This document shows, piece after piece, positions 1-11,613 of a stretch of DNA of 64,000 bases. The position numbers and the translations under genes were made by a program. The DNA is taken from positions 1 through 64,000 of the forward strand of contig CAZHRF010000004.1 in assembly GCA_964534625.1 (NCBI GenBank), written 5' to 3'. Positions within the stretch are counted from its first letter, which is position 1; each line of letters begins with the position of its first letter. The notes beneath the pieces were generated by a model, which had not been told where the DNA came from, made no database searches, and saw only the letters and a list, made by a program, of their open reading frames with translations. Source of the stretch: an uncultured archaeon. Its GTDB lineage: Archaea > Asgardarchaeota > Heimdallarchaeia > Heimdallarchaeales > Heimdallarchaeaceae.

Positions 1-49
1 CAGCAGGTTGATGGTGATCCTTACGAATTTATAAGACCCCTGTTTCATT

Positions 50-1318
50 CTAATCGAGAGGATTGAATTTAGGTTTTTCACTCAATTTATTTTCTATATA
101 TTTTTGCCAATCTTTATCTTTACCTGTAACCAAATTTAAAGATTCAATCAAATGTTTACTAGATACAGATCTTTCTTTTTGAGATATTTTGGCAAATTCC
201 TTTAGAGCTTGTTTAAGTTTTTTTGTACCTATTTTTCTTCTAATATCTAGAAAAACTAGTGTTCCCCAGTAATAATACACAGTATGTGCTTTGGGATGAG
301 AACGAGGTATAGTATTAATTGCTGGTAGATCTTCTTCAAATTTTGGTTCTATCTTTTCTAGATACTGTTCTTGATGAGTTTCCCCATAGAGCTCATTGCA
401 GACCATAAGGGCAGAATACTCTGCCATTGCTTCATCTAACCAATTATTGAATGTCTCAGTACTCGTATGGCAGAACCATAGATGAGCTATCTCATGTGCC
501 CAACTATGGATTAACCATTCTTTTTTTTCGTTAAAAAAGACTTCATCTAACTCACTCTGGCAAATAATAAGAGAACCACGTACATACATTCCTCCTTTCT
601 CTCGAGGAACAAGAGCTACAGAAATCTGTTCAGATTCAGGTTCTCCATACCATTCTTTGAATATTCGCTTGATCTCTTGAAGATCACCTTCTATTTTTTT
701 GTAATTGTGATAATCTTCTTTCCATCCCCAAAAAATACTTTCTTCTTGAATCGCTTGAGAATGATGAATACCTATCATAGTAACATCGTTAGAACCACTC
801 GTATTTTCAAATTCGTAAATATTCTCTTCTTCATGCTTTTTTTCTACTCCATTGGCTTTCCATACGAAATCTTTTGGTGAATGTATAATGAGATTAAAAG
901 TAGGTCTATGTCCTAAACTAACAATAGGAAACCATGATGCGTATAATGCTAATTCTATCGCTTCTTCAGTAATATAGTTCGTTCCCCAGTCGTCAAAACG
1001 TAATTTACCGGAATATTCAAAATAGATGCCTAATGTGTCTTCTGTTTGGATTTTAACATCCAAAGGTAATTGTATTAGTACCTTTTTAGCTGTATGGATG
1101 AAAAAGTCTTCTGGTCTCTCTCCTTCAGAAAAACTAATATCTACTTTATTACCTTTAACTATAGCATAAAGCTGGGAAATGGTCAATTCTTCATTTAGAT
1201 AAAAAAAAGATTCCTTTTTTATATCCTTTATTTCCATTTTGCCAGTACATTGTAAAGTCTTGTTTTCGATATTTATAGATGGTTCTAATATAAGGTGAGT
1301 TATTTCCATTATTTTCAT
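50..1318 (-). CDS. M1-family (gluzincin) zinc aminopeptidase
   Basis: HEIAH (HExxH) followed 18 residues later by E in WLDEAMAEY; GGM resembles the GAMEN region; VYYYWG resembles the catalytic Tyr motif. Start moved to the first ATG (1318; 1309 also possible). Confidence 0.85.
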   Translation of the reverse strand: MKIMEITHLILEPSINIENKTLQCTGKMEIKDIKKESFFYLNEELTISQLYAIVKGNKVDISFSEGERPEDFFIHTAKKVLIQLPLDVKIQTEDTLGIYFEYSGKLRFDDWGTNYITEEAIELALYASWFPIVSLGHRPTFNLIIHSPKDFVWKANGVEKKHEEENIYEFENTSGSNDVTMIGIHHSQAIQEESIFWGWKEDYHNYKKIEGDLQEIKRIFKEWYGEPESEQISVALVPREKGGMYVRGSLIICQSELDEVFFNEKKEWLIHSWAHEIAHLWFCHTSTETFNNWLDEAMAEYSALMVCNELYGETHQEQYLEKIEPKFEEDLPAINTIPRSHPKAHTVYYYWGTLVFLDIRRKIGTKKLKQALKEFAKISQKERSVSSKHLIESLNLVTGKDKDWQKYIENKLSEKPKFNPLD

Positions 1319-1474
1319 TATTTGCGACGGAAATTTAAATATTACGGAAATATTACTGAACAAAGCGAAAATATAAAAAGCCAACAGAAAGCTCTGGATT
1401 GCAATAAAAATCCCCTTAAGATTAGACTTTATCCCCTCCTTATTTCCAATTTAACATTGTAATAAAACTAAAAG

Positions 1475-2371
1475 ATGATTAGAATGACAATAGATATTAA
1501 AGACTGCAAACCAAAAATTGAACGTTTCAAGTATGATAAAGCAGATCTCATTGAAACAATATTAACAACCATAGACAAATATAGACAGATAAATAATATT
1601 CCTGAATCTAAGGCTATATCTTTAGATACAGCTACAATAACTAGGTATGTCGCTTATGAAACCTTTGATTATATTATCGGTATTACCCGTAACTCTGAAT
1701 GGCATAAACTTTACACAAAAACAGAAAAGGTTATGCGAAAAGTTTCTTCAAAACGCGGATTAAATTGGGTTATTCTCCCTAAAACAAAATATAAATTAGA
1801 GGAAAAGTTACATGATGAACTAAAAACACAAGAAGAGAAAGAAAACAACGAAGAACCCACCACACTCCAGAGAGAGATGACTGAAACTAAAAAAATACCA
1901 ATCCGAATAATCGCTTCAGGTGAACAAGAAGGAAAAAATGAGAAACAAGAAAAAGAGATAATATCGCCTCTAAAAAAAGAAGATGATATGCTTGAAGATA
2001 AAAAAACCATCCGTACTAATGCAAATAGTACTAGAATTGAGGATAATACTGAAGAAAATCAAGAAGAAAATCAAGAATCTGCGTTTATATTCAAGCCAAA
2101 GTTTAAACTTAAAAGCAATGAAACACAAAGAGAAAAAGAATGCGGTACATTACCTGAATTAACAAAGAAGACCGATCAAAGCAACGAAATAAATAAAAGT
2201 ACTAAAAGAGGAACTAATAAAAGTGAAATTAACATCAGTCTAAATATAGTTGTTGAAGACTACTTTGAAAGAGTTACCGCATATAAATGTAAACTATGCT
2301 CATTTCTGGCAGAAGATAAAGAGACATTGGTTAAACATATAAAGAAGCACTCTATCATGGATTTTTGTTGA
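1475..2371 (+). CDS. Hypothetical protein with a charged low-complexity linker and a C-terminal C2H2 zinc finger
   Basis: C-terminal YKCKLCSFLAEDKETLVKHIKKH matches C-x2-C-x12-H-x3-H; the central region is E/K/N/T-rich. Confidence 0.7.
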   Translation: MIRMTIDIKDCKPKIERFKYDKADLIETILTTIDKYRQINNIPESKAISLDTATITRYVAYETFDYIIGITRNSEWHKLYTKTEKVMRKVSSKRGLNWVILPKTKYKLEEKLHDELKTQEEKENNEEPTTLQREMTETKKIPIRIIASGEQEGKNEKQEKEIISPLKKEDDMLEDKKTIRTNANSTRIEDNTEENQEENQESAFIFKPKFKLKSNETQREKECGTLPELTKKTDQSNEINKSTKRGTNKSEINISLNIVVEDYFERVTAYKCKLCSFLAEDKETLVKHIKKHSIMDFC

Positions 2372-2390
2372 ACTAAAACAAGAACATATT

Positions 2391-2420
2391 TATTCTATTC
2401 TATTCTATTCTATTCTATTC
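2391..2420 (+). repeat. (TATTC)6 microsatellite
   Basis: Read directly; starts about 20 bp after the stop of 1475-2371 and is followed by a T-tract. Confidence 0.95.
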
Positions 2421-2605
2421 TACTATTTTTTGTATATTTAGGAGTAGATCATCCGTATAGTGGAAAAGATAAAATTTTTTTTAATCTTATTTGTTTCTGT
2501 TCTATCACTTTATGTACCAACAAAAGAGTATATTTCTCTTCTTCAGCCAAAGAGAAGAGAGATATTATTATTGAAGATAACGATTGAATTGGCATAATGT
2601 CTATT

Positions 2606-5290
2606 CTATTTTATATGTGCTTTATCCAGTATTAAGCCTATAAATACAGGAATTGTACTGAAGGCAAAGACTAACACTAAATCAATAATACTTAGTTCAA
2701 CTGCTTTCATAATTGTATTCAATCCTGGCACGTAAATCGTTACAAAGATCAAAATCACAGAAATAATTATTGCATACCAGATATGTTTGTTTCTTGTTAC
2801 TTGATTATCAAAAACATTCGTTTCACTATCGTGCATATTGAACACATGAAACAGCTGTGCAATACCTAAAGTTACATAGCCTATGGTTACTGCATAACTT
2901 TCCTCATAACCTAAGACCAGATATACAAAGCTGAATGAGCCTAAGACCGTAAATGTAAGGATCAGTCCATAGATACCAATACCTAGCCATTGTCTTTTGT
3001 TAATTATAGGACTTTCAGAATCTCTTGGTGTTTTCTTCATTAACCGCTCATCAGACTCGTTCATAGAAAGTGCAAAAGCTGGGAATACATCTGTCACAAT
3101 ATTAAGATAAAGTATTTGTATTGGTCTGATAGGTAATGGTAATGCAAATATAGTGGCGAAGAATATAACTAATATTTCAGAAATATTACATGAAAGAAGA
3201 TAATAGACAAATTTCTGGATGCTTTTGAAAATATTGCGACCTTCTTCAATTGCTGTTTTAATGGTAGAAAAATTATCATCTTGAAGCACCATATCTGATG
3301 CGTCTTGGGCTACTTGAGTTCCTCTAACACCCATTGCAACGCCAATATCTGCCTTTCGAAGTGCTGGAGCATCATTTACTCCATCGCCTGTCATTGCAAC
3401 AATTTTATTGTTATTCTGATAAATGTTTATTAAATTGAGTTTTTCTTTAGGTTCAACCCTGTAAAATATATCTATGTCGAGAATCTTCTTTTCATCTTCT
3501 TCAGTCAGTTCATCACGATTTTGGAGAAAATTACCCTCCATCACCTTTGGCTTTTCGTTTTTACTCAAATTGAGTTTTTTTGCAATATTAACTGCAGTTA
3601 GTTTCTGATCTCCCGTAACCATAACCATACGAATTCCTGCTTCATGTATTGTACTTATTGTATCTTTTACCTCACTACGTGGTGGATCAAGTAATCCTAC
3701 AAAACCAACAAATTCAAGGTCTTTGTAGGGATTTTTATCAACACTATCCACAAACTTTGTAGCAAGTCCCAATACTCTCTTTCCTTGAGATGCCATATCA
3801 TCATTTATTTCTAACCAGTATTGCTTAATATTTTCATTCATCTCTCCGTTGTCATATATTGAATTAGTTTTTTCGAGTACTTCGGGTGGTGATCCCTTAA
3901 CAGCAACAATGTACCTCCCATCATCCATTTTGTGATATGTAGCCATCATCATAACTTTTGCATCGAAGCTAATCTCTTTCTCTTCTGGAAGATCTTTCAA
4001 TAACTCATTACGGGATATATTTGCCTTTTCTCCGACAACGAGTAATGCTGTTTCTGTAGGATCACCCACAGCTGAAATTTTATCATTTTCTTTCCTGTTA
4101 ATTGAGGAATTATTGCAAAGTACACCTATTTGAATTGCTTTTTTCAATTTTTCATGTTCTGTAATATCAATTTTTTTCTCGTTTACAAAAAAATCTCCCT
4201 CAAGCTCCATTCCAGTACCAGATACTTCAATTTCTTCAAAACTCTTCATTTCATCATTTAAAGGAAGACGATATGAGGTAATTGTCATTTCGTTTTCTGT
4301 AAGAGTTCCTGTTTTATCAGTTGCAATAATATTAGTTGAACCAAGCGTTTCAACAGAGGACAATTTATTAATCAAGGCATTTTGGTCGGCCATTCTCTTC
4401 ATACCTCTTGCCAAGGTAATCGTTGCTACAATTGGTAATCCCTCTGGTACAGTAGCAACTGTAAGCGCAAGTGCGGTTTCAATGAGTAAGAATAAATCTT
4501 CACCACGATAAATACCCCCTAACACTATCAAAACAATAATAGCTGAAGATAAATATACTAAATTAGTACCTAGTTGATTTAATTTATCTTCGAGTGGTGT
4601 TCTTTGCATAATCCCTGCTTCTTGAACTATTTCGCTAATTTGACCAACTTCACTTTTAAGACCGGTGTGGATTACTATACCCTTGCCAGAACCTTTTGTT
4701 GTTGCTGTACCTTTGTAAAGCATGTTGTTTCTTTCTGCAAGCGGTGCATCATCGATAGTTTCTGTTTGTTTATCAACGGGTATTGACTCGCCAGTAAGAG
4801 CACTCTCATCAGCTTTTAGTTTAGAAGCTTCAAATAAACGAATATCCGCACTAACTACATCACCTGCGTTAACAAATACAATATCGCCTGGAACAATATC
4901 TTCAGCATCAATTTTACTAAGCTCTCCATCACGTATGACTTGAGCTTTCGTTTTTATCATGGTTCTTAGAGCTTCCATGGATCTTACTGCTTTCAGTTCC
5001 GTGTAATATCCAATGAGGGCATTGATAATAATAACTATTGAAATGGTGATTGCTTCAATGTATTCTTTGAAAAAGAAGGAGATGATGACTGCAATACCAA
5101 GAATGAGAACAAGAACAGACTTGAATTGTTCCAGTATGATTTTCAATTTACTGGTCTGCTTTGGTTCTTTGAGCTTATTCAGACCATACTTCTGCTGTCT
5201 CCTTTTGACTTCCTTTTTAGAAAGTCCTTTTTCAATATCCACATCATATTCTTTTGCAATTTCTTGAATATCCTTAGTCCAAGGCCTCAT
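2606..5290 (-). CDS. Cation-transporting P-type ATPase (type II, Ca2+-ATPase-like)
   Basis: DKTGTLT phosphorylation motif, TGES, PEGL, MVTGD, TGDGVNDAPAL; multiple TM segments. Confidence 0.95.
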   Translation of the reverse strand: MRPWTKDIQEIAKEYDVDIEKGLSKKEVKRRQQKYGLNKLKEPKQTSKLKIILEQFKSVLVLILGIAVIISFFFKEYIEAITISIVIIINALIGYYTELKAVRSMEALRTMIKTKAQVIRDGELSKIDAEDIVPGDIVFVNAGDVVSADIRLFEASKLKADESALTGESIPVDKQTETIDDAPLAERNNMLYKGTATTKGSGKGIVIHTGLKSEVGQISEIVQEAGIMQRTPLEDKLNQLGTNLVYLSSAIIVLIVLGGIYRGEDLFLLIETALALTVATVPEGLPIVATITLARGMKRMADQNALINKLSSVETLGSTNIIATDKTGTLTENEMTITSYRLPLNDEMKSFEEIEVSGTGMELEGDFFVNEKKIDITEHEKLKKAIQIGVLCNNSSINRKENDKISAVGDPTETALLVVGEKANISRNELLKDLPEEKEISFDAKVMMMATYHKMDDGRYIVAVKGSPPEVLEKTNSIYDNGEMNENIKQYWLEINDDMASQGKRVLGLATKFVDSVDKNPYKDLEFVGFVGLLDPPRSEVKDTISTIHEAGIRMVMVTGDQKLTAVNIAKKLNLSKNEKPKVMEGNFLQNRDELTEEDEKKILDIDIFYRVEPKEKLNLINIYQNNNKIVAMTGDGVNDAPALRKADIGVAMGVRGTQVAQDASDMVLQDDNFSTIKTAIEEGRNIFKSIQKFVYYLLSCNISEILVIFFATIFALPLPIRPIQILYLNIVTDVFPAFALSMNESDERLMKKTPRDSESPIINKRQWLGIGIYGLILTFTVLGSFSFVYLVLGYEESYAVTIGYVTLGIAQLFHVFNMHDSETNVFDNQVTRNKHIWYAIIISVILIFVTIYVPGLNTIMKAVELSIIDLVLVFAFSTIPVFIGLILDKAHIK

Positions 5291-5559
5291 TTAATCAAAT
5301 CAGTATCGGTTGTAAACATTTTTAAGATTATGCTTTAGCAAATTATTTCTAAATCAGTAAATGAACTTAATGAACTACCACTGGAACAATAGGTTCAGAA
5401 AAAAATTGGGTCTGTTAACTTTTAATTCCATTTAGTACTTGCGAGTTAAGCAACTGATTCTAATATCCTTTTCGACATTTTAGAACAAAACAATCGCTTT
5501 TTTTCTTGATTTTGATGTATCCTTATAGTATTTTCGAAGTATTGCTATTTAACTAAGCC

Positions 5560-5573
5560 AAAACTATTTATAT
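5560..5573 (+). promoter_or_regulatory. Archaeal BRE/TATA-like promoter element
   Basis: AAAACTATTTATAT about 25 bp upstream of ATG 5594; the same 14-mer lies upstream of ATG 29717. Confidence 0.55.
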
Positions 5574-5593
5574 GTATTTTTACTCATCGCCTT

Positions 5594-6004
5594 ATGCCAC
5601 TAATAGGTAAAATGCCAGAAGACGTTTTCAAAGCTTTCACTAATATTCTTCCTATTGAATTTTCTATCGTAGACAAAAATGATAAAGTCTTATGTTGGAA
5701 CCAACATGAAACTCGAATCTTCAAAAGACCTTTAAGTGTAATAGGCAAAGATGTGCGAGATTGTCATCCAAAAAAGAGTTTAGCTCAAGTTGAACAGATC
5801 ATCATAGAAATGAAAGAAGGGAAGAGAGAAAAAGCAAGGTTCTGGATCGATCTTAAACTTGAAGGATTTGATGATCCACAGAAAGTTCTCATTGAATACT
5901 ATGCGTTAAGAGATGAAGATGGAACATATTTAGGCGTACTTGAAGCGACACAAAATGTAACTGACATACAAAAACTAAAAGGTGAGAAAAGACTTCTTGA
6001 TTAG
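5594..6004 (+). CDS. Stand-alone PAS-domain protein (PAS_10-like)
   Basis: LPIEFSIVDKND...RIFKRPLSVIGKDVRDCHP...YYALRDEDGTYLGVLE pattern typical of PAS_10. Confidence 0.85.
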   Translation: MPLIGKMPEDVFKAFTNILPIEFSIVDKNDKVLCWNQHETRIFKRPLSVIGKDVRDCHPKKSLAQVEQIIIEMKEGKREKARFWIDLKLEGFDDPQKVLIEYYALRDEDGTYLGVLEATQNVTDIQKLKGEKRLLD

Positions 6005-6028
6005 TGAAAGAAGATAGATATCTTTTAT

Positions 6029-7591
6029 TCATTTACTATTTTTCTTTTTCTTTAATTGTTTCCAAGTAAATCGCCATTGCCAATTCCCCTTAGTTGTACC
6101 TGGAGTATTCATTCTTGCTTCTGAATCTAACCCCATATAATCTTGTAGAGGAATGATTTTCATAAAGGCATTGGAGCTGAGAATACTTTCAATTATCTCT
6201 CCCACCAACAAATGAGGTTTTTCAACAATACTATTAAAGTCTAAATCGCATCCATTTGTTTGTTCTAAAAAGAGTATAAGTTTGCTTAGTGTTTTTTCAT
6301 CTAATTTTTGTAACCAACCAACTAATGTGTCATTATCATGAGTACCCGTATAAGCAACAACATCGGCAGGATAATTGATAGGCAAGTGAATATTATTCTT
6401 GGTATTTTTATTATTGTCTTCTGAATCAGTAAAAGCAAATTGGAAAACTCTCATACCCGGTAGATTAAATTTCTTTCTTAAATCTATAACCTCTTGAGTT
6501 ATCATTCCCAAATCTTCAGCTATAATGGGCTTTTGTCCTATCTGATTAAAGACAGTCCTAAGAAAGTGACTACCTGGTCCTTTAACCCATTCTCCATTAA
6601 TTGCTGTGTTCTCACCATAAGGTACTTGCCAAAAAGCTTCAAGTCCTCTAAAATGATCTATTCTGAGAATATCAACCCACTGAAAATTTCGTTTGATACG
6701 TTTAATCCACCATTCATAGTTTCTCTCTCGCATTTTTTGCCAATCGTAAATAGGATTGCCCCATAGTTGACCTGTTTCTGAAAAGTAATCTGGCGGAACG
6801 CCTGCTATATACTCTGGTCTCATTTGTTTATCTAATTTGAATAGTTCAGGTGAAGCCCATACATCCACGCTATTATATGATACAAAAATAGGTAGGTCAC
6901 CAAAAATGAGTATACCATGTTTGTTTGCATAATTCTTGAAATCTTTCCACTGCAAATCAAAGAGATATTGCTTGAAAGCTATGAAATGAATGTCTTCACT
7001 ATAGGTGTTTTTCCATTCATAAATTGCGCTTTTATTTCTATATTTGTAGTCATCTGGCCATTTTGACCAATCAAAACCATATTTTTTACTTAATGAAAAA
7101 AAAAGACAATAATCATCTAACCATTCTGAATGTGTTTTCATATAGTGATCAATATGTTTATGTTCAGTTAGCTGTACATGCTGATATTTTTTCTTGAAAA
7201 AAATATTTTTAAACTTCTTTACCTGCTCAAAGTTTATTCTTGTATTGTGAGTATCAAGAAGTTTTAGTTCCTTCCTAAGGGTAAATAAATCTAGATCTAA
7301 GCTGGCCTTTTTTCCTCCAACTAATTCAGGACTAAGCAAAAGAGTATTTCCCGCAAAGGCAGAGGGAGAATTATAAGGGCAACCAAGTTGATCAGTAGGG
7401 GGAAGAGGTAAAATTTGCAGAACTTGGTAATGATTTTTTTTAAGCCAATCAATAAATCTAAAAGCATAATCCCCTAAATCCCCTATACCAAATTCTGAAG
7501 GAAAACTAGTAATATGAGCTAATATACCCTTTAAACTTTTACCCTCAATAAAATTATTATTATTATTTACTTGGGTAAATAGGTTTTCCAT
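6029..7591 (-). CDS. malQ: 4-alpha-glucanotransferase (amylomaltase, GH77)
   Basis: GDLPIFV, GVPPDYFSETGQLWGNP, RIDHFRG, IAEDLG, YTGTHDNDT, RMNTPG motifs. Confidence 0.95.
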   Translation of the reverse strand: MENLFTQVNNNNNFIEGKSLKGILAHITSFPSEFGIGDLGDYAFRFIDWLKKNHYQVLQILPLPPTDQLGCPYNSPSAFAGNTLLLSPELVGGKKASLDLDLFTLRKELKLLDTHNTRINFEQVKKFKNIFFKKKYQHVQLTEHKHIDHYMKTHSEWLDDYCLFFSLSKKYGFDWSKWPDDYKYRNKSAIYEWKNTYSEDIHFIAFKQYLFDLQWKDFKNYANKHGILIFGDLPIFVSYNSVDVWASPELFKLDKQMRPEYIAGVPPDYFSETGQLWGNPIYDWQKMRERNYEWWIKRIKRNFQWVDILRIDHFRGLEAFWQVPYGENTAINGEWVKGPGSHFLRTVFNQIGQKPIIAEDLGMITQEVIDLRKKFNLPGMRVFQFAFTDSEDNNKNTKNNIHLPINYPADVVAYTGTHDNDTLVGWLQKLDEKTLSKLILFLEQTNGCDLDFNSIVEKPHLLVGEIIESILSSNAFMKIIPLQDYMGLDSEARMNTPGTTKGNWQWRFTWKQLKKKKNSK

Positions 7592-8078
7592 TATTATCCA
7601 ATATGGTAGGAAAAAATATTAAATATAACTATTGTCCACAAAACACAATTTTACAAGAATTATAGCAGTTCTTCCAAATTAAGGAAATAATTTAAAGGAT
7701 TTATCTATTAATAACTCCTTCTTAATCATTTTATACAAGAAATTATGGGATAAACACAATTGTGTAATATTTTCTTCCTTTTTGGTGGTAAAATAGGTCT
7801 ATAAGCAGATAAATGCTTACTAAATGGACTATAAATATGTGTGAGATACATCCGATAGTTTTGATATATTTTTATTTAGATCCTTGTTCATTGCCAAAAT
7901 ATCCGTTTTACTGATATTAATGTGATTTATATCAACTTATTCTGATATTTAATAGAATTTGTTTGGTTTTCTTGTGACTATCCTTCTGCGATTTTTTGCT
8001 GGAAATGAAACTGTCTTCATTATATTTATATATAGCAATTCACATATTTTTAAGTACAAATAAATAAAAGGTTTTGAC

Positions 8079-8856
<778 letters not shown>

Positions 8857-8975
8857 CTACTACTATTATTACTTTTTTTTTCTTTTTTTGCTTTTTTAGT
8901 TTTTTTAGTTTAACTAAGTTTAACTTTGCATTTTATCTAAACGTCTTTGGTTATAGCATTCTGTATCTTGAAATT

Positions 8976-9021
8976 GCTTCTATGAATCATGAAACTAAAT
9001 CCTTCAGGTAGGGGTAGTTTA
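8976..9021 (+). mobile_element. Degenerate IS200/IS605-type right-end relic
   Basis: GAAACTAAATCCTTCAGGTAGGGGTAGTTTA resembles the tnpB element end at 33052-33083 (GAAACCATCTGCCTTTAGGCAGTGGTAGTTCA). Confidence 0.55.
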
Positions 9022-9083
9022 TTAGAATTAAGCCCGTAATCTTTATCTATAACCAAAAAAACGTCAAGGTAAGGTAGGTACAT

Positions 9084-9713
9084 GTGATTAATGAATTAAC
9101 TTTTATTGTATTTATTATCTGTTTTCTAGTTTCTCATATACTTTTGTTAACAATACTACAAGGCTCTGCTTTTGCTCCTTCAAGAAGAAAACTATGGTAC
9201 TTATTGATGGAAAATTGGACAGATAAAAGAATCAATGATGGATCCACAGTTACTACTATACAAACATTAAGGAATCTCCTTATGGCTAACTCTGTTTTTA
9301 TTTCTTCTCAACTAGTTTTGTTAGGAATCTTTATTGGCGTTTATCCAGCCAGATTTGGAGAAGGTATAATATTCAATACTATTTTCGATAATCTTAGTGT
9401 GGCAATTGTCCAATTAACGCTCATAACATTATGCGTAGTATTTAGTGTTTTCTCTTTTATTCTATCAAGTAGAACAGCTACTTCGATCAGTTTTATGCTT
9501 ACAAGTGATCTCACTATTAATTATTTTAATCAGTCAAGTAAAGAACTGGTGAAAAAAACTTTTCTTTCCACACAAAAGTTTTGGCTTTTAGGTATTAGAG
9601 GATTATATTTTTTGGTTTCAGCTGTAACGTGGTTGATACATCCTATGGTTTGTATTATTGTCACTTTAAGCATTACAACATATTTAGTACTCTTTATGGA
9701 TCTTTTTGGATAA
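9084..9713 (+). CDS. DUF599-family membrane protein
   Basis: IQTLRNLLMANSVF and GIRGLYF...WLIHP motifs; about 4 TM helices. Confidence 0.75.
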   Translation: MINELTFIVFIICFLVSHILLLTILQGSAFAPSRRKLWYLLMENWTDKRINDGSTVTTIQTLRNLLMANSVFISSQLVLLGIFIGVYPARFGEGIIFNTIFDNLSVAIVQLTLITLCVVFSVFSFILSSRTATSISFMLTSDLTINYFNQSSKELVKKTFLSTQKFWLLGIRGLYFLVSAVTWLIHPMVCIIVTLSITTYLVLFMDLFG

Positions 9714-9764
9714 ACGAAAAATGAGCCAATTCTAAAGGAATTAATGAAAGAATTAATGAAAATA

Positions 9765-10367
9765 TCAAATATATAATGGTGTCAAAAACATTCCTTTAAA
9801 GACAAGAAATGCTTTTCTGAGGAAGGGCATTGGTTTTATAGATTCTAACCTTTCCTTCCACGTACGCTCTGGTGGTCCAATGGTTAATCTAAATGTACAC
9901 GCTTTATCATATTTACAATTTATACAGTTAGCTCGAAAACGCTGTCCTTCTTCAAGTAATCCTTCTTTTTCAATTATATCTTGAAATGAACTAAATTTTT
10001 GTATATTACCTGTTAAATTTTGTAGTTCACCAGCAAAATTTTTCATAAATAATTCATTCATTAATCTCAGCCTATTTTTCATTGGTTCATCAAATTCATC
10101 TTTTTGATCAACTGCAAGTATAGTTATGCTCTCTTCTGCAGGATAAGTTAACATTTTAGATTTTTCAAGCTCAAAAATGTAAAATTCAGAGGCCTCAGCA
10201 TTATTATATATCAATTTAGCTGATAAAAGGGCTGAATTGAGAATTGTGTCATTTTCGAAGGTAGAATCACGTGATAAGTCTAGGCATCTGAATCCAATAT
10301 TACACATTAAAGAACGAGCAAATAAAGGAGTGCCAGTATTACTCATGACAATAATGTTCTGAATCAT
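9765..10367 (-). CDS. Longin-like domain protein with Cys-containing extensions
   Basis: N-terminal IIVMSNTGTPLF, L-x-SALLSA helix and F...GNIQKFSSF pattern seen in Asgard longin-like proteins; C-terminal CINC-x5-C. Confidence 0.55.
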   Translation of the reverse strand: MIQNIIVMSNTGTPLFARSLMCNIGFRCLDLSRDSTFENDTILNSALLSAKLIYNNAEASEFYIFELEKSKMLTYPAEESITILAVDQKDEFDEPMKNRLRLMNELFMKNFAGELQNLTGNIQKFSSFQDIIEKEGLLEEGQRFRANCINCKYDKACTFRLTIGPPERTWKERLESIKPMPFLRKAFLVFKGMFLTPLYI

Positions 10368-10518
10368 TGTAACTCTTTAAGTACTAAGCTATTAATGCAT
10401 TTGCATATATCAAAAATGATTTGAATTCAATCAACTATGTCAATTCACTTTAATTCTACATTTATTTCTCATCTAAAAACTTTTTATGTGTAATGCTTAT
10501 TGTTTATTTGTGATTTAG

Positions 10519-11613
10519 ATGCAAATTAAACGACCAACATTGATAATTGATCAAGACAAGGTTGTTGCAAATGTCAAAAGGATGCTGAAAAAACTAGAGA
10601 ATAGTGAAACGAGTTTTAGACCTCATTTTAAAACACATCAATCGTCAGCTGTTGGAGAATGGCTGAGAGAGTTAGGTGTAAACAAAATAACTGTTTCCTC
10701 TGTTAAAATGGCTGAATATTTTGCTAAAAATGATTGGGATGATATTACTATTGCTTTTCCTATTAACATCAGAGAGATAGATGAAATTAATAACTTGGCA
10801 ACAAAAATTAATCTTGGGTTATTGGTAGAATCTAGTCTTGTTATTGACTTTCTTTCTACAAATCTATCAACAGAGGTAAACTGTTGGATTAAAATAGACG
10901 TAGGCTATCGCCGAACAGGTATACCTTGGAACAAGTATGATGAAATCTTAGAACTTGCTAGGCAGATACTAAACAGCCCCAAAATGAGTCTTAGCGGTCT
11001 ATTAACCCATGCAGGACAGTCGTATCATATGCCTACAAAAGAAGAAAAAATAGCTCTCCATAATAAAATAGTAACAAGGTTAAACAAAATTCGTACATAT
11101 CTGGAAAAGGAAGGGATAAGTGACATAAAGTTGTCAATAGGTGATACACCCACAGCTAGTGTTGTAGAAAAATTTGAAGGAATTGATGAAATTAGACCGG
11201 GTAACTTTGTTTTTTATGATTTAGCTCAAGTGAAACTAGGTTCATGTCAAGATGATGAAATAGCTTGTGTTGTGGCCTGTCCAGTAGTGGCTAAACATAA
11301 ACAACGAAATGAACTAGTTATTCACGGGGGAAAAATACATTTTTCTAAAGATTTTCTCGAAGATGAAAATGGTACAGTTTATTATGGCAAAATGGCAGAA
11401 AAAACTTCAGGGGGATGGGGCAAGATCATTGACGGATGCTATATGAAAAGAATTTCACAAGAACATGGAATGATAAAAGTTAGTGATGAAGTATTTAATA
11501 ATATAAAAATTGGTGACGTTGTATATGTTTTTCCTATAACAGCGAATACTACTGTGCATGTTATTGATAAAATGATCAGCAAGGAAGGAAAAGAGTTGAA
11601 CAAATTAACCTAA
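10519..11613 (+). CDS. PLP-dependent fold-type III enzyme (D-threonine aldolase / D-serine dehydratase DSD1 family)
   Basis: RPHFKTH (PLP lysine), KIDVGYRRTG, THAGQSY, GDTP, EIRPGNFVFYD, SQEHG. Confidence 0.88.
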   Translation: MQIKRPTLIIDQDKVVANVKRMLKKLENSETSFRPHFKTHQSSAVGEWLRELGVNKITVSSVKMAEYFAKNDWDDITIAFPINIREIDEINNLATKINLGLLVESSLVIDFLSTNLSTEVNCWIKIDVGYRRTGIPWNKYDEILELARQILNSPKMSLSGLLTHAGQSYHMPTKEEKIALHNKIVTRLNKIRTYLEKEGISDIKLSIGDTPTASVVEKFEGIDEIRPGNFVFYDLAQVKLGSCQDDEIACVVACPVVAKHKQRNELVIHGGKIHFSKDFLEDENGTVYYGKMAEKTSGGWGKIIDGCYMKRISQEHGMIKVSDEVFNNIKIGDVVYVFPITANTTVHVIDKMISKEGKELNKLT

